64,000 nt of DNA from Minisyncoccota bacterium (GCA_028694995.1 JAQVJU010000002.1:67503-131502), one strand, 5' to 3'. Counted from the first letter of the stretch, positions 1 to 10,108 are shown. A program made the numbers and translations. Notes: generated by a model from the sequence alone, not told the origin.

Positions 1-42
1 TCTTAATAACTATTATACCAAAAAATAACTTTCTTGAGGATA

Positions 43-996
43 TTAAGCCCTATCCCAGGGAAAATTATTGCCAAAATGACCCCATTGACTGGTTTTGAAA
101 TAGATAGGTTTTCTTAAGTCTAAGAAATCAATAATTCCTTTAGGAGTTAAATCAAATCCTTTAATTTGTATTTCCTTATTATCTATTAAAGCATTTTTCA
201 TCAAAGGTTGTTTTTGGCCAATAGCATAAGCTAATTTAACTAAAACTTCTTTTGCTTTGTATTTTTTTAAATAACTTATGGCTATTTTCCTTGCCATATA
301 AGCAGCACTACGATCAACTTTTGAAGGGTCTTTGCCACTAAAACAACCTCCACCAACAGGTATTCTTGGCCCATAACTATCAACAATAATTTTTCTTCCA
401 GTTAAACCAGTATCAGCATCAAACCCACCAATATTCCAATCACCACAAGGATTAATACAATATTCTTTTGCTTTTATTAAGGATTTTACTAATTTTTTAA
501 GATCTTTCTGGGGAACATTTTGAAAACTAACAACTACTGTTGATATCTTTTTATTTTTTATTGTTACTTGAGTTTTACCATCAAAGGGATATTTTTCATA
601 AATCTTTTGACATAAATTCCTTGCTAATTCATATTCTAAAGGCATTAAGCTTTTTGTTTCTCTGGTAGCATAGCCAATCATAATCCCCTGATCCCCTGCT
701 CCACCAATTTCTACTCCTTGAGCTATTTCTGGACTTTGTTCAACTAGATTAATACTTAAATCATAATTCTTATTAATTAAGCTATAAACAATATCTGTGA
801 TTTGTTTTTTACTAATTTTAGCTTTACTTTTAATTTCTCCAATAATGACGATTTTATTATGACCTCCGATAACTTCTATAGCGGTGCGACTATTTTTATC
901 TTTTTCTAGATAATAATCTAAAATCTTATCTGCAATTTGGTCACAAATTTTATCAGGATGTTTTGGAGAAACAAATTCTGCTGTTTTTATTTTCAT
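43..996 (-). CDS. metK: S-adenosylmethionine synthetase (short form, 317 aa)
   Basis: HPDKICDQIAD, GAGDQG, DTGLTGRKIIVDSYG and GKDPSKVDRSAAY motifs. Confidence 0.95.
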   Translation of the reverse strand: MKIKTAEFVSPKHPDKICDQIADKILDYYLEKDKNSRTAIEVIGGHNKIVIIGEIKSKAKISKKQITDIVYSLINKNYDLSINLVEQSPEIAQGVEIGGAGDQGIMIGYATRETKSLMPLEYELARNLCQKIYEKYPFDGKTQVTIKNKKISTVVVSFQNVPQKDLKKLVKSLIKAKEYCINPCGDWNIGGFDADTGLTGRKIIVDSYGPRIPVGGGCFSGKDPSKVDRSAAYMARKIAISYLKKYKAKEVLVKLAYAIGQKQPLMKNALIDNKEIQIKGFDLTPKGIIDFLDLRKPIYFKTSQWGHFGNNFPWDRA

Positions 997-1018
997 AATT
1001 CATATTGATTTAAAATTA

Positions 1019-1044
1019 AAACTCCTTCTTTAGAGAAGGAGTTT
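1019..1044 (-). terminator. Intrinsic terminator forming the expression platform of the SAM riboswitch
   Basis: AAACTCCTTCT-loop-AGAAGGAGTTT stem followed by a T-run on the minus strand, between aptamer and metK start. Confidence 0.75.
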
Positions 1045-1065
1045 CTTAAATTAAAAATCGACCTT

Positions 1066-1173
1066 ATTATCCTTCCCTAAATTAGGGCTGGATTTAGCAC
1101 CTTCTTTAAGAAGTCATCTTAAAGGGTTGCTGCCGGATCTTAGGACCAGTTTCCTCCCCGGGCTCTTGATAAC
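1066..1173 (-). ncRNA. SAM-I (S-box) riboswitch
   Basis: Minus strand reads TTATCAAGAG...GGAGGAAACTGGTCC...CAGCAACC...GGTGCTAAATCC...GGATAAT, matching the S-box consensus, directly upstream of metK. Confidence 0.9.
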
Positions 1174-1287
1174 TATTAATATTCAATTATTTTGTATTAT
1201 ATTTTAGCAAAATTAAATCTTTTTGTAAATATTGATTTTTTATTTATAGCTTTATAATTAAATTATAATAAATTTTATTTTACACCG

Positions 1288-2124
1288 CTATAAAGTTTGT
1301 TCATATGATTGCTTAATCAAATCAAAAATATCGTTTACTTCATTCATTAATGTGATTTTTGCCATACCTTTATATCCCCATTGAAATGACGTTATATCGT
1401 CAACCATTTTTTTTGGATCGTTATACTTTGCTTCCCGAAGCAAAACCCTAATATGGCTTTTACCAAATTCAAACTTCACAAAACTTTTTGTTGTGCGGTA
1501 GGTAATTCCAGTTTTTTGGTTCGCAATCTCTTCTACATTTGGTAATAATTTTATTTTTTCCTGAAGCTCGTAAAAAATCTTTTTAACTTCTGGATTGGTT
1601 TTGCCAGGTGGATATTCATAACTCTTTTGTGTTTCCCCCTTTTTGGGACTATAAATATTTTCTAGGTATAAAATATCTTCTTTGTATGATGTATATTTGA
1701 CTAGTTCTACATAATTAACTTCCTGGGCGGCGATTTTAGTCCTATTATCAAAACCTTGTGAAATAAGAATGACTCGTGGATTACTCCAATTAATTTTAAT
1801 GTTTTTGCCGAGTTTATTCGCTACCAAAAGCTCAAAGTGTTTTTTGTTTTTACGAAGCCAATTAAAATAAAATAAACCTTGCGTAAATATAGCGTCATCT
1901 TGCCCCCATTTATATTCAATGATAACAGGAGCATTTGTTTCGTCTATTGCTAATGTATCAATTCTGCCACCTGTGGTCGGGTATTCTTTAGCCAAAAAAC
2001 GCATACCTAGTAAATCCTCAAGGTTATCAGCGAAAAAATCCCTCAAGCTCGCTTCATTAGTAAAATAATTTAAATCAAGTGACACTTGGTTAACTTTTTT
2101 ATCTTTTATTTTAAAAATAGGCAT
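1288..2124 (-). CDS. NucS/DUF91-like PD-(D/E)xK nuclease domain fused to a DUF5655-like C-terminal domain
   Basis: GRIDTLAID...IIEYK nuclease motif. Start moved to MPIFKIK to avoid overlap with the upstream gene. Confidence 0.65.
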   Translation of the reverse strand: MPIFKIKDKKVNQVSLDLNYFTNEASLRDFFADNLEDLLGMRFLAKEYPTTGGRIDTLAIDETNAPVIIEYKWGQDDAIFTQGLFYFNWLRKNKKHFELLVANKLGKNIKINWSNPRVILISQGFDNRTKIAAQEVNYVELVKYTSYKEDILYLENIYSPKKGETQKSYEYPPGKTNPEVKKIFYELQEKIKLLPNVEEIANQKTGITYRTTKSFVKFEFGKSHIRVLLREAKYNDPKKMVDDITSFQWGYKGMAKITLMNEVNDIFDLIKQSYEQTL

Positions 2125-2128
2125 AGTG

Positions 2129-2431
2129 TTATTGTTTTCTAATTTTAAATATAGATACAAAGAATAACCCTGCAGCAATTAAATCTAGAATCACCCAGGC
2201 TTCTTTACTTAAATGAGTAGGTGTTAAGGGATTAAATAAAAGAGCTAATCCTCCCATTATCCAAACCCATTTGCCTTTTTTAACCTCATAGGCAATGGAT
2301 AAAACAAAAAGGGCAATTCCAGCGACTACCCATCTTAAAAAAATATAATACCAATAAGGCCAAATTCCAGAAGGAATGGCCAATAAAAGCATTATAATGG
2401 CTACAATGGATAGGATATTTTTATTTTCCAT
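2129..2431 (-). CDS. Small membrane protein (DUF6804-like)
   Basis: PYWYYIFLRWVV and LLFNPLTP motifs, hydrophobic helices. Confidence 0.6.
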   Translation of the reverse strand: MENKNILSIVAIIMLLLAIPSGIWPYWYYIFLRWVVAGIALFVLSIAYEVKKGKWVWIMGGLALLFNPLTPTHLSKEAWVILDLIAAGLFFVSIFKIRKQ

Positions 2432-2524
2432 AAATTTTATCAAAATTTATCCCCACCACTTTCAATAAATATTATATCATTTTTTTGGAAAACAAGGAAT
2501 GCTTAGGGTATAATAAGGAACATA

Positions 2525-4102
2525 ATGAAAAATCAAGAAAAATTAGCTCAAATAATAGTAGAAAGGGCTAATAAACAACAAGTATCTACTAAACAAGAGA
2601 TTATTGAAATTCAAAGGGAAGTTAGTAAAGAATTTCATAATTTTTTTATTCCTTTTTCTGAATTATTAAAAAGCTATAAAAAATTAATTCAATTAAAGAA
2701 AATCCTATCTAATAAACAATTAGAAGGATTATTAAAAAAAGCTAGGATTCGTTCTTTATCAGGCATTGTGGCCATTACTGTAATTACTAAACCTTATCCT
2801 TGTCCAGGAAATTGTTTGTATTGCCCTGATATATCTAATATGCCTAAAAGCTATTTACCTGATGAACCAGCTTGTATGCGAGCTTTATTAAATAAATTTG
2901 ATCCATATAAGCAAATCCAAATGAGAATTCAAGCTTTAAGAGCTAATGGACATCCAACAGATAAAATAGAATTAATTGTCTTAGGAGGTACTTGGTCGTA
3001 TTATCCTAAAAAATACCAAAATTGGTTTATTAAAAGATGTTTTGATGGAGCTAATAATAAAACATCTAAAAACCTAGAATTAGCTCAAAAAATAAATGAA
3101 AAAGCTGAAAATAGGATTATTGGTCTAACAATAGAAACCAGACCTGATTATATCAATCTAGAAGAAGTTGAAAGATTAAGAAAATTAGGTGTTACTAGAG
3201 TAGAATTAGGAATTCAAAGCCTAGAAGATGATGTTTTAGAATTTAATAAAAGAGGTCATTTAATTGATAAAACCATAAAAGCAACTGAGTTATTAAAAAA
3301 TGCTGGGTTCAAGATTACTTATCATATGATGCTTAATTTACCTGGCTCTGATTTAAAGAAAGATGAAAAAATGTTTATTAAACTATTTTCCAATCCTGAT
3401 TTTCAACCAGATCAATTAAAAATATATCCTTGTGCTGTTTTACAAACCGCACCTCTGTATAAAATGTTTTTAGATAAAAAATACCAACCATATACAGAAA
3501 AACAGCTAATAAACCTTTTAATTAAAATCAAAGAGGAAATTCCTTCATATGTTAGGATTATCAGAATTATTCGTGATATTCCTGCTAATAATATTATTGC
3601 TGGGAATAAAGTTTCCAATTTAAGACAAGTCATTCAAGCTCAGATGAAAAAAGAAAACAAATCCTGTCAATGTATAAGATGTCGAGAACCTTATGATATT
3701 CCAATTGATTTTAAAAATATTAAATTAATTCATAGAGAATATATGGCTAATAATGGTAAAGAAATCTTTCTTTCTTATGAAGATGTAAAAAACAATAAGA
3801 TTTTAGCTTTTCTAAGATTACGTTTACCAAATGAATGGACTTTTCCTTATCTTAAAGATTCTGCCCTTATACGTGAATTACATAGTTATGGTATAGTGGC
3901 GCCTTTAAAAAAGGATAAGAAATCTAATATTCAACATAAAGGCTTGGGTAGTAAATTAATGAAACAAGCAGAAAAGATTGTTAAAGAACATACTCAATAT
4001 AATAAAATAGCCGTGATTAGCGGCATAGGAGTTAGAGAATATTATCGTAAATTAGGATATCGTTTATTTAACTCTTATATGATTAAAAAGATTAGAAAAT
4101 AG
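2525..4102 (+). CDS. elp3: Elp3-family radical SAM/GNAT tRNA U34 carboxymethyltransferase
   Basis: CPGNCLYCP motif, IETRPD, C-terminal IRELHSYG...QHKGLG...ISGIGVREYYRKLGY acetyltransferase domain. Confidence 0.9.
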   Translation: MKNQEKLAQIIVERANKQQVSTKQEIIEIQREVSKEFHNFFIPFSELLKSYKKLIQLKKILSNKQLEGLLKKARIRSLSGIVAITVITKPYPCPGNCLYCPDISNMPKSYLPDEPACMRALLNKFDPYKQIQMRIQALRANGHPTDKIELIVLGGTWSYYPKKYQNWFIKRCFDGANNKTSKNLELAQKINEKAENRIIGLTIETRPDYINLEEVERLRKLGVTRVELGIQSLEDDVLEFNKRGHLIDKTIKATELLKNAGFKITYHMMLNLPGSDLKKDEKMFIKLFSNPDFQPDQLKIYPCAVLQTAPLYKMFLDKKYQPYTEKQLINLLIKIKEEIPSYVRIIRIIRDIPANNIIAGNKVSNLRQVIQAQMKKENKSCQCIRCREPYDIPIDFKNIKLIHREYMANNGKEIFLSYEDVKNNKILAFLRLRLPNEWTFPYLKDSALIRELHSYGIVAPLKKDKKSNIQHKGLGSKLMKQAEKIVKEHTQYNKIAVISGIGVREYYRKLGYRLFNSYMIKKIRK

Positions 4103-4115
4103 TTTTAAAATTATT

Positions 4116-4155
4116 ATGGTAAGTTTTTACCATAATCATGGTAAACTTTTACCAT
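4116..4155. repeat. Two tandem 18-bp palindromes ATGGTAA-N4-TTACCAT, 22-bp period
   Basis: 4116-4133 atggtaagtttttaccat and 4138-4155 atggtaaacttttaccat, between convergent elp3 and queH. Confidence 0.85.
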
Positions 4156-4172
4156 AACAATAAACCTAATCT

Positions 4173-4733
4173 TTATTTCATAGAAAACTCACAACCACAG
4201 TATTTTTGAGAATAGAGGTTGTGTTTTTTAATTAATTCCTGTTCTTTTTGATAAGCTTGAAAAGGATCTAAATCAAAAGTTATATATTTAAGATTATTTT
4301 GTTTAGCTATCTTAAAACCATAATTATTAATAAACTTAGTATCTTTAAAACGATTAATACTTAAAGTTGTAGCAAATTCTTTAAAATCATTTTCTTTTGC
4401 AAATTCAACTGTTTTATCTAAACGAAAAGCAAAACAACTTAAGCATCTTTTATCATTTTCTGGATAAGATTCTAAAGAATGTAATAATGATTTTTTAAGA
4501 TATTCAAGCCATTTATCATGTTCATATTCATCAATAATTAATTTTAGATTATAAATCTCAGAGATTTTCTTAACTTGTTCTAATCTTTTAATACATTCTT
4601 GTTTTGGATAAATATTAGGATTGTAAAAATACAAAACAATATCTTTGTTTTGTTTTTGGTTTAATAAATATTCAATTATGGGCAAAGCACAAGGAGCGCA
4701 ACAGGTATGAATAAGCATAGAATTAAATTTCAT
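4173..4733 (-). CDS. queH: Epoxyqueuosine reductase QueH
   Basis: HTCCAPC, YNPNI, RCLSC and QKYCGCEFS motifs; in an operon with tgt and queA. Confidence 0.9.
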   Translation of the reverse strand: MKFNSMLIHTCCAPCALPIIEYLLNQKQNKDIVLYFYNPNIYPKQECIKRLEQVKKISEIYNLKLIIDEYEHDKWLEYLKKSLLHSLESYPENDKRCLSCFAFRLDKTVEFAKENDFKEFATTLSINRFKDTKFINNYGFKIAKQNNLKYITFDLDPFQAYQKEQELIKKHNLYSQKYCGCEFSMK

Positions 4734-5832
4734 TTCTAAGTTTATGAATTAACCTCATCATGAATCTTAAATTATGAATAGAAGCTAATCTAAGATAAAG
4801 AGGCTCTTTTACAGAATAAAGATGATTAAGATAAGCTCGAGAGAAATTTTGACAAGTATAGCAATCACAATTTTCTTCTATGGGCTGAATATCTTTTTTA
4901 AATTGACTATTAGAAATACGAATATTCCCTTGTGCTGTATAAAGAGAACCATGTCTGGCAGTTCTTGTTGGGGCAACACAATCAAACATATCAACTCCCC
5001 TTTTAACAACTTCAATAATATCTTGAGCTGAAGAACCTAAACCCATAGTATATCGAGGTTTGTTTTCTGGTAATAAATCCTGAAGATAATCAAGAATTTC
5101 TAAAGTGCGAGGCATATTATAACCAATTGTTTCTCCACCTAAGGCAATGCCATCAAAATCTAAACTGGTAATAAATTTTGTTGATTCTTTTCTCAAATCT
5201 TCAAAAATACCTCCTTGGATAATACCAAAAATCAAAGGTGGTTTTTTATCTTGATTTTGATATTGCTTACTTAATTCTTGATGTTTTTTTAAAGATCTTA
5301 AAGCCCATTTATGAGTTCTATTCATGGATTTTTTAGCATATTCTTTATCATCATTATCAGGACTACATTCATCAAAAGCCATAATAATATCAACACCTAA
5401 TTTATGCTGAATTTCTATTGATTTTTCAGGAGTAATAAAATGCTTAGTGCCATCTATCGGTGAAGAAAATTCAATACCATCTTCTCTAATTTTAGCCATA
5501 TTTTTACCACTTTTAGTCCTATTTTGACCAAAACTCCATGCTTGAAACCCTCCAGAATCGCTCAGAATAGGCCCAGACCAGTTCATAAACGAATGAATGC
5601 CTCCTAGGTCATAAATTAGGTTTTCACCTGGCTGAAGAGCTAAATGAAGAGTATTAACTAAAAGGATTTCTACACCTATTTTACTTAAATCATCAGGCCC
5701 AATAGCTTTTACACTAGCCTGAGTGCCAGGGGGCATAAAAATAGGGGTTTGAAAATCTCCATGATTTGTACAAATCTTACCTAAACGAGCCCTATCTTTT
5801 TTAGATTTTTTTAATATTTTAAACATAGGCAT
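4723..5832 (-). CDS. tgt: tRNA-guanine transglycosylase
   Basis: TPIFMP.GT, DSGGFQ, DMFDCVAPTR and CDCYTC zinc motif. Confidence 0.95.
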   Translation of the reverse strand: MPMFKILKKSKKDRARLGKICTNHGDFQTPIFMPPGTQASVKAIGPDDLSKIGVEILLVNTLHLALQPGENLIYDLGGIHSFMNWSGPILSDSGGFQAWSFGQNRTKSGKNMAKIREDGIEFSSPIDGTKHFITPEKSIEIQHKLGVDIIMAFDECSPDNDDKEYAKKSMNRTHKWALRSLKKHQELSKQYQNQDKKPPLIFGIIQGGIFEDLRKESTKFITSLDFDGIALGGETIGYNMPRTLEILDYLQDLLPENKPRYTMGLGSSAQDIIEVVKRGVDMFDCVAPTRTARHGSLYTAQGNIRISNSQFKKDIQPIEENCDCYTCQNFSRAYLNHLYSVKEPLYLRLASIHNLRFMMRLIHKLRNEI

Positions 5833-6875
5833 TATTGAATAAACATTGCATCACCAAAAGAAAAAAACCTGTATTTTTTATCAATAGCTTGTTGATAAGC
5901 TTTTAAAATTAAATCTTTATTTGCAAAAGCTGAAACTAGCATTAATAAAGTTGATTTTGGTAAATGAAAATTAGTAATTAAAGCATCTACAAACTTAAAT
6001 TTATATCCTGGATAAATGAATAAATTTGTCCAATCTTTTTTTGATTGTAATTCTGATTTATATATGCAAGATTCTAAAACTCTCACTGTGGTTGTTCCAA
6101 TAGCAATAATTCTTTTTTTCTCTTTTTTTGCTTGATTTAATTTTTTAGCAGTTTGCTCATTTAATTCAAAAAACTCTGAATGCATTTGATGATCTTGGAT
6201 ATTCTGAACCTTAACTGGAAGAAAAGTTCCTAAACCAACATAAAGAGTTACATATTCTACTTGAATATTCTTTTCTTTTATTTTATCTATCAAGTCTTTT
6301 GTAAAATGAAATCCAGCTGTAGGCGCAGCCACAGAACCATATTTTTTAGCATAAATAGTTTGATATTCTTTAAAAGAGCGTTGAGTTGGTTGAGTTATAT
6401 ATGGTGGCAAAGGAGCTTGGCCTAAAGATAAAATTTCTTTTTTTAATTCCTCACCTGTTTTATTAAAACTGATTATTCTTTCATAATTTATTTTCTCTTT
6501 GATTTCTCCAAATAAATTATCATTGAATTTTATCCTTTGTCCTGTTTTTAATTCTGGTTTGCCAATAATTATCCAATCTGCAGGCCAGGTTATAAAATCA
6601 AAAACTTGTTTATTTTGAGGACGAATAAGAAGAATTTCTACCTTACCCTGAGTATCTTCTTTTTTACCATAAATACGTGCTGGCACAACCTTACTATCAT
6701 TAAAAACCAAAACATCATTTTCTGAAAGATAATCAATAATATTATAAAAATACTTATGTTCTATCCTTCCAGTCTTTCTATCCAATATTAAAAGACGAGA
6801 ATGATCTCGCATCTCTGTTGGTTCTTGAGCTATTAATTCTTTTGGTAAATGATAATCAAATTGAGAGATATCCAT
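5832..6875 (-). CDS. queA: SAM:tRNA ribosyltransferase-isomerase
   Basis: FDYHLPKELIAQ, PLPPYI, SVAAPTAGFHF, TNFHLPKSTL and FFSFGDAM motifs. Confidence 0.95.
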   Translation of the reverse strand: MDISQFDYHLPKELIAQEPTEMRDHSRLLILDRKTGRIEHKYFYNIIDYLSENDVLVFNDSKVVPARIYGKKEDTQGKVEILLIRPQNKQVFDFITWPADWIIIGKPELKTGQRIKFNDNLFGEIKEKINYERIISFNKTGEELKKEILSLGQAPLPPYITQPTQRSFKEYQTIYAKKYGSVAAPTAGFHFTKDLIDKIKEKNIQVEYVTLYVGLGTFLPVKVQNIQDHQMHSEFFELNEQTAKKLNQAKKEKKRIIAIGTTTVRVLESCIYKSELQSKKDWTNLFIYPGYKFKFVDALITNFHLPKSTLLMLVSAFANKDLILKAYQQAIDKKYRFFSFGDAMFIQ

Positions 6876-6944
6876 TATTAATATATCTTATAATGTTTTG
6901 ATTAAATAAAAAAGGGCGTTGATTAATTTTTATTATTAACGCCC

Positions 6945-7211
6945 TTAATCTTTAAATAACCAATTTAAGGGTTTTTCTAGTAGTAAGACAAACTTTTCTG
7001 AAATTTCCTCAACCCATTCTTCAAATCGTTCTATTTTTTGAGCGACTTTTGGCATTTTAAGTGCTCTAAATATATCAGCCAATCCTATTGTTATCAATAA
7101 AAATAAGACAAAACAGAGTAACGCCAACTCAAAAAATATAGTAACAATATCAAACAATACATTTTTTGCCCTGGTTTTAATGTCTTTTTTAGGCTTGATC
7201 TTTTGAGCCAT
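6945..7211 (-). CDS. Hypothetical single-TM protein
   Basis: Open frame with AAGGAGG SD, own TTGACG-17-TATAAT promoter and downstream hairpin. Confidence 0.6.
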   Translation of the reverse strand: MAQKIKPKKDIKTRAKNVLFDIVTIFFELALLCFVLFLLITIGLADIFRALKMPKVAQKIERFEEWVEEISEKFVLLLEKPLNWLFKD

Positions 7212-7279
7212 TTAAGGTTCCTCCTTTTTCTATATATTTCAAACTACTAAATAGATTATACCCTAAATTAGCTTAATCG

Positions 7280-8209
7280 TCAATTAGATTCTTGCTCTGT
7301 TAACCATTTATCAGCATCTATTAGAGCCATGGCTCCCCAACTAGCAGCAGTGATTGCTTGCTTATACTTAGCATCACAAACATCACCAGCAGCAAAAACA
7401 CCTTGAATAGATGTTTTAGTATTTTCTGTTATTTTAATAGAATCATCTTCATTTAATTCTATTTGCCCTTTAAAGATCTCTGTATTAGGTTGATAACCAA
7501 TAGATAAGAATAAACCATTTATTTCTACTAATTTTTCTTGATTGGTTTTTACATTTTTAATTTTAATTCCATTTAAGAAATTATCTCCTTTTAATTCTGT
7601 TATTATTGAATCCCAGATAATCTCTATCTGGGGATGATTTAAAACTTGCTCTTGATTTCTTTTAGAAGCTCTTAAACTATCTCGACGGTGAATGATAAAT
7701 ACTTTTTCAGCATATTTAGTCAAAGTAATGGCATTTTTTATAGCACTATCACCACCACCAACAACAGCAACAGTTTTATTCTTAAAGAAAAAACCATCAC
7801 AAATAGCGCAAACAGAAATACCACGACCAATTAATTCTTTTTCTCTTTCCAAATCTAGCCATTTATTAGAAGCGCCAGTGGCAATAATTATGGCTTTTGA
7901 TAAATATTCTTTACCTTCATGAGTTTTTACTGAAAAAGGTCTTTTTTTAAAATCCACTGAGATAATATTTTTATCTAAAATCTCAGTTCCAAATTTCTTA
8001 GCTTGAATGGTTATTTTTTCTAAAAGCTCAGGGCCACTTAATTTTTCTGGAAATCCAGGAAAATCTTCTATGGCTTCACAAAGCATTAATTGACCCCCTG
8101 GAGGTGAACCAGTAAATAATAAAGATTTAAGCTGAGCCCGACCAGCATAAATACCTGCAGTTAAACCAGCAGGACCACCACCAATAATAATAATATCGTA
8201 TAATGCCAT
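7280..8209 (-). CDS. trxB: Thioredoxin-disulfide reductase
   Basis: GGGPAGLTA, CAICDG, GGGDSA and GVFAAGD motifs. Confidence 0.95.
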   Translation of the reverse strand: MALYDIIIIGGGPAGLTAGIYAGRAQLKSLLFTGSPPGGQLMLCEAIEDFPGFPEKLSGPELLEKITIQAKKFGTEILDKNIISVDFKKRPFSVKTHEGKEYLSKAIIIATGASNKWLDLEREKELIGRGISVCAICDGFFFKNKTVAVVGGGDSAIKNAITLTKYAEKVFIIHRRDSLRASKRNQEQVLNHPQIEIIWDSIITELKGDNFLNGIKIKNVKTNQEKLVEINGLFLSIGYQPNTEIFKGQIELNEDDSIKITENTKTSIQGVFAAGDVCDAKYKQAITAASWGAMALIDADKWLTEQESN

Positions 8210-8261
8210 GAATTTATTCTACCAGTTTTGGGTTTATAATAGCAAATAAGCCTTTTGTTAA

Positions 8262-8362
8262 ATAAAAAGAGAGACAATTTACAAAGTAAATTATCTCTCT
8301 GGTGACTCTCTTCTGCAAGCAGAAGAGAGAGCCCCACCGTTTGACGATCAAAAGATCGTCAA
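8262..8362 (-). ncRNA. Putative small structured RNA (three hairpins, last one terminator-like)
   Basis: Stems at 8341-8362, 8301-8338 and 8268-8300 plus T-run; TTGACT-16-CATAAT promoter at 8367-8394. Confidence 0.5.
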
Positions 8363-8451
8363 GAATATTATGGCAAATATGATTGAAAAGTCAAGATTTT
8401 TTAAAATATAGTATTCTAAATTTAAAATTGCTAAAATATGTTTAATATATC

Positions 8452-9885
8452 ATGGAAAGTAAAAAAGAATTTATTAAAGATAAAAGGATATTAATTGTTG
8501 GCTTAGGCTCTTTAGGTGGTGGTATTGCTACTAGTCTTTGGTTTTTAAAACAAAAAGCCAATATTACCATTACAGATTTAAGAGATAAAAAAGACTTAAA
8601 ACAATCTTTAAATAAATTAAAACAATATTCTTCAAGAATAAAATTATCTCTTGGCGGCCATAATAAGAAAGATTTTAAAAATCACAATCTTATAATTATC
8701 AATCCTGGAGCTAAAATCAAAAACAATCCATATCTTCAAATGGCAAAAAAAGAAAAAAACCTGATAGAAAATGAGATAAGTTTGTTTTTGAGATTTAATC
8801 AAACTCCTTTAATAACAATTACTGGCACCAGAGGCAAAACAACAATTACTAATTGGATTGGATATTTATTAAAAGAAAAATATCCTCAAACCATTATTGG
8901 CGGTAATATGCCTGAAAGTCCAGTTTTATCTTTTTTGAATAAAACTAAAGCAAATATCCCAGTTGTTTTAGAATTATCTAGTTTTCAATTAGAGATATTA
9001 AAAAATAAATATCAAGGACCTAATATAGCCATCATTACTAATTTATACCGAGATCATCTTAATCGCCATGGCAATATGAAAAATTATGCAATGGCTAAAG
9101 CTAATGTATTTAAAAATCAACAAAAAACTGATTATTTGATATTAAATTATCAAGACAGATGGACTAAATTCTTTCTCTCTTTAAAACCTAAAAGCCAAAT
9201 TTATTTTATATCAAATAAACCCCTTCCTTTGAATAAAAATGGGGTTTTTAATCAAAATAATAATATATATTTCCAAGACAATAAGAAAAAACAATTAATG
9301 TTAAATACAAAAAGGTTTTCCAAACAATGGGGAGAGCATAATTTGAATAATTTAATGTTTTCTATTCTAGCAGCTAAGTTATTTGGCTTAAGTTTTACTC
9401 AAATTAAAAAACAAATACCAAGACTACCTCAAATGACATTTCGTCAACAAATAGTATATCAATCAGGTACAAAACTCTTAATAATTAATGATAGTTGCGC
9501 TACAACCCCAGAGGCAACAATAGCTGCTTTAAAAAGGTTTTCTAATAAACAAAATAACCTTGTTTTAATTACTGGAGGCACTGATAAAGATTTAAAATAC
9601 AATGAATTAGCTAAACAAATTAAAAAAACCATATCACCAAAGAACCTAATTATTCTCAATGGTTCTGCTAGCAAAAAATTAATCAAAGAATTGATTAAAA
9701 TAAAATATTCCAATAATTATTCTGTTTTTGAATCATTAAGTGAATGTTTATCTTATAGCTTACATTTAAGAAAATACAAAAGGGATATTATTCTTTTTTC
9801 TCCAGGAGCTACCAGTTTTGAAAAGTTTCTAAATGAATTTGATAGAGGAAAAGCTTTTAACAATTTAATTAAAAAGATAAAATAA
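8452..9885 (+). CDS. murD: UDP-N-acetylmuramoyl-L-alanine--D-glutamate ligase
   Basis: ITGTRGKTT, LELSSFQLE, DHLNRH, NDSCATT and FSPGATSF motifs. Confidence 0.92.
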   Translation: MESKKEFIKDKRILIVGLGSLGGGIATSLWFLKQKANITITDLRDKKDLKQSLNKLKQYSSRIKLSLGGHNKKDFKNHNLIIINPGAKIKNNPYLQMAKKEKNLIENEISLFLRFNQTPLITITGTRGKTTITNWIGYLLKEKYPQTIIGGNMPESPVLSFLNKTKANIPVVLELSSFQLEILKNKYQGPNIAIITNLYRDHLNRHGNMKNYAMAKANVFKNQQKTDYLILNYQDRWTKFFLSLKPKSQIYFISNKPLPLNKNGVFNQNNNIYFQDNKKKQLMLNTKRFSKQWGEHNLNNLMFSILAAKLFGLSFTQIKKQIPRLPQMTFRQQIVYQSGTKLLIINDSCATTPEATIAALKRFSNKQNNLVLITGGTDKDLKYNELAKQIKKTISPKNLIILNGSASKKLIKELIKIKYSNNYSVFESLSECLSYSLHLRKYKRDIILFSPGATSFEKFLNEFDRGKAFNNLIKKIK

Positions 9886-9919
9886 AAAAGGAGGTATGCC
9901 CTCCTTTTGTTTTATTCTT

Positions 9920-10108
9920 TTACCACCGAATTGATGCTATATACAAGTTATAAATGAATAAAGCTACGGCAGCAAAAATAAAAAAGATAAAAAACTTCCA
10001 ACTCAGTTCCTCTTCCTTTGTTAATATGACGAAGAATGTTATTACCCCAAGGGCAATAAATAAAAAGAAAAAAAGAATTTGTTGAGGCAATAAACTCAAA
10101 ATAAACAT
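9920..10108 (-). CDS. Small two-TM hypothetical protein
   Basis: AGGAGGTG SD; two hydrophobic segments. Confidence 0.6.
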   Translation of the reverse strand: MFILSLLPQQILFFFLFIALGVITFFVILTKEEELSWKFFIFFIFAAVALFIYNLYIASIRW

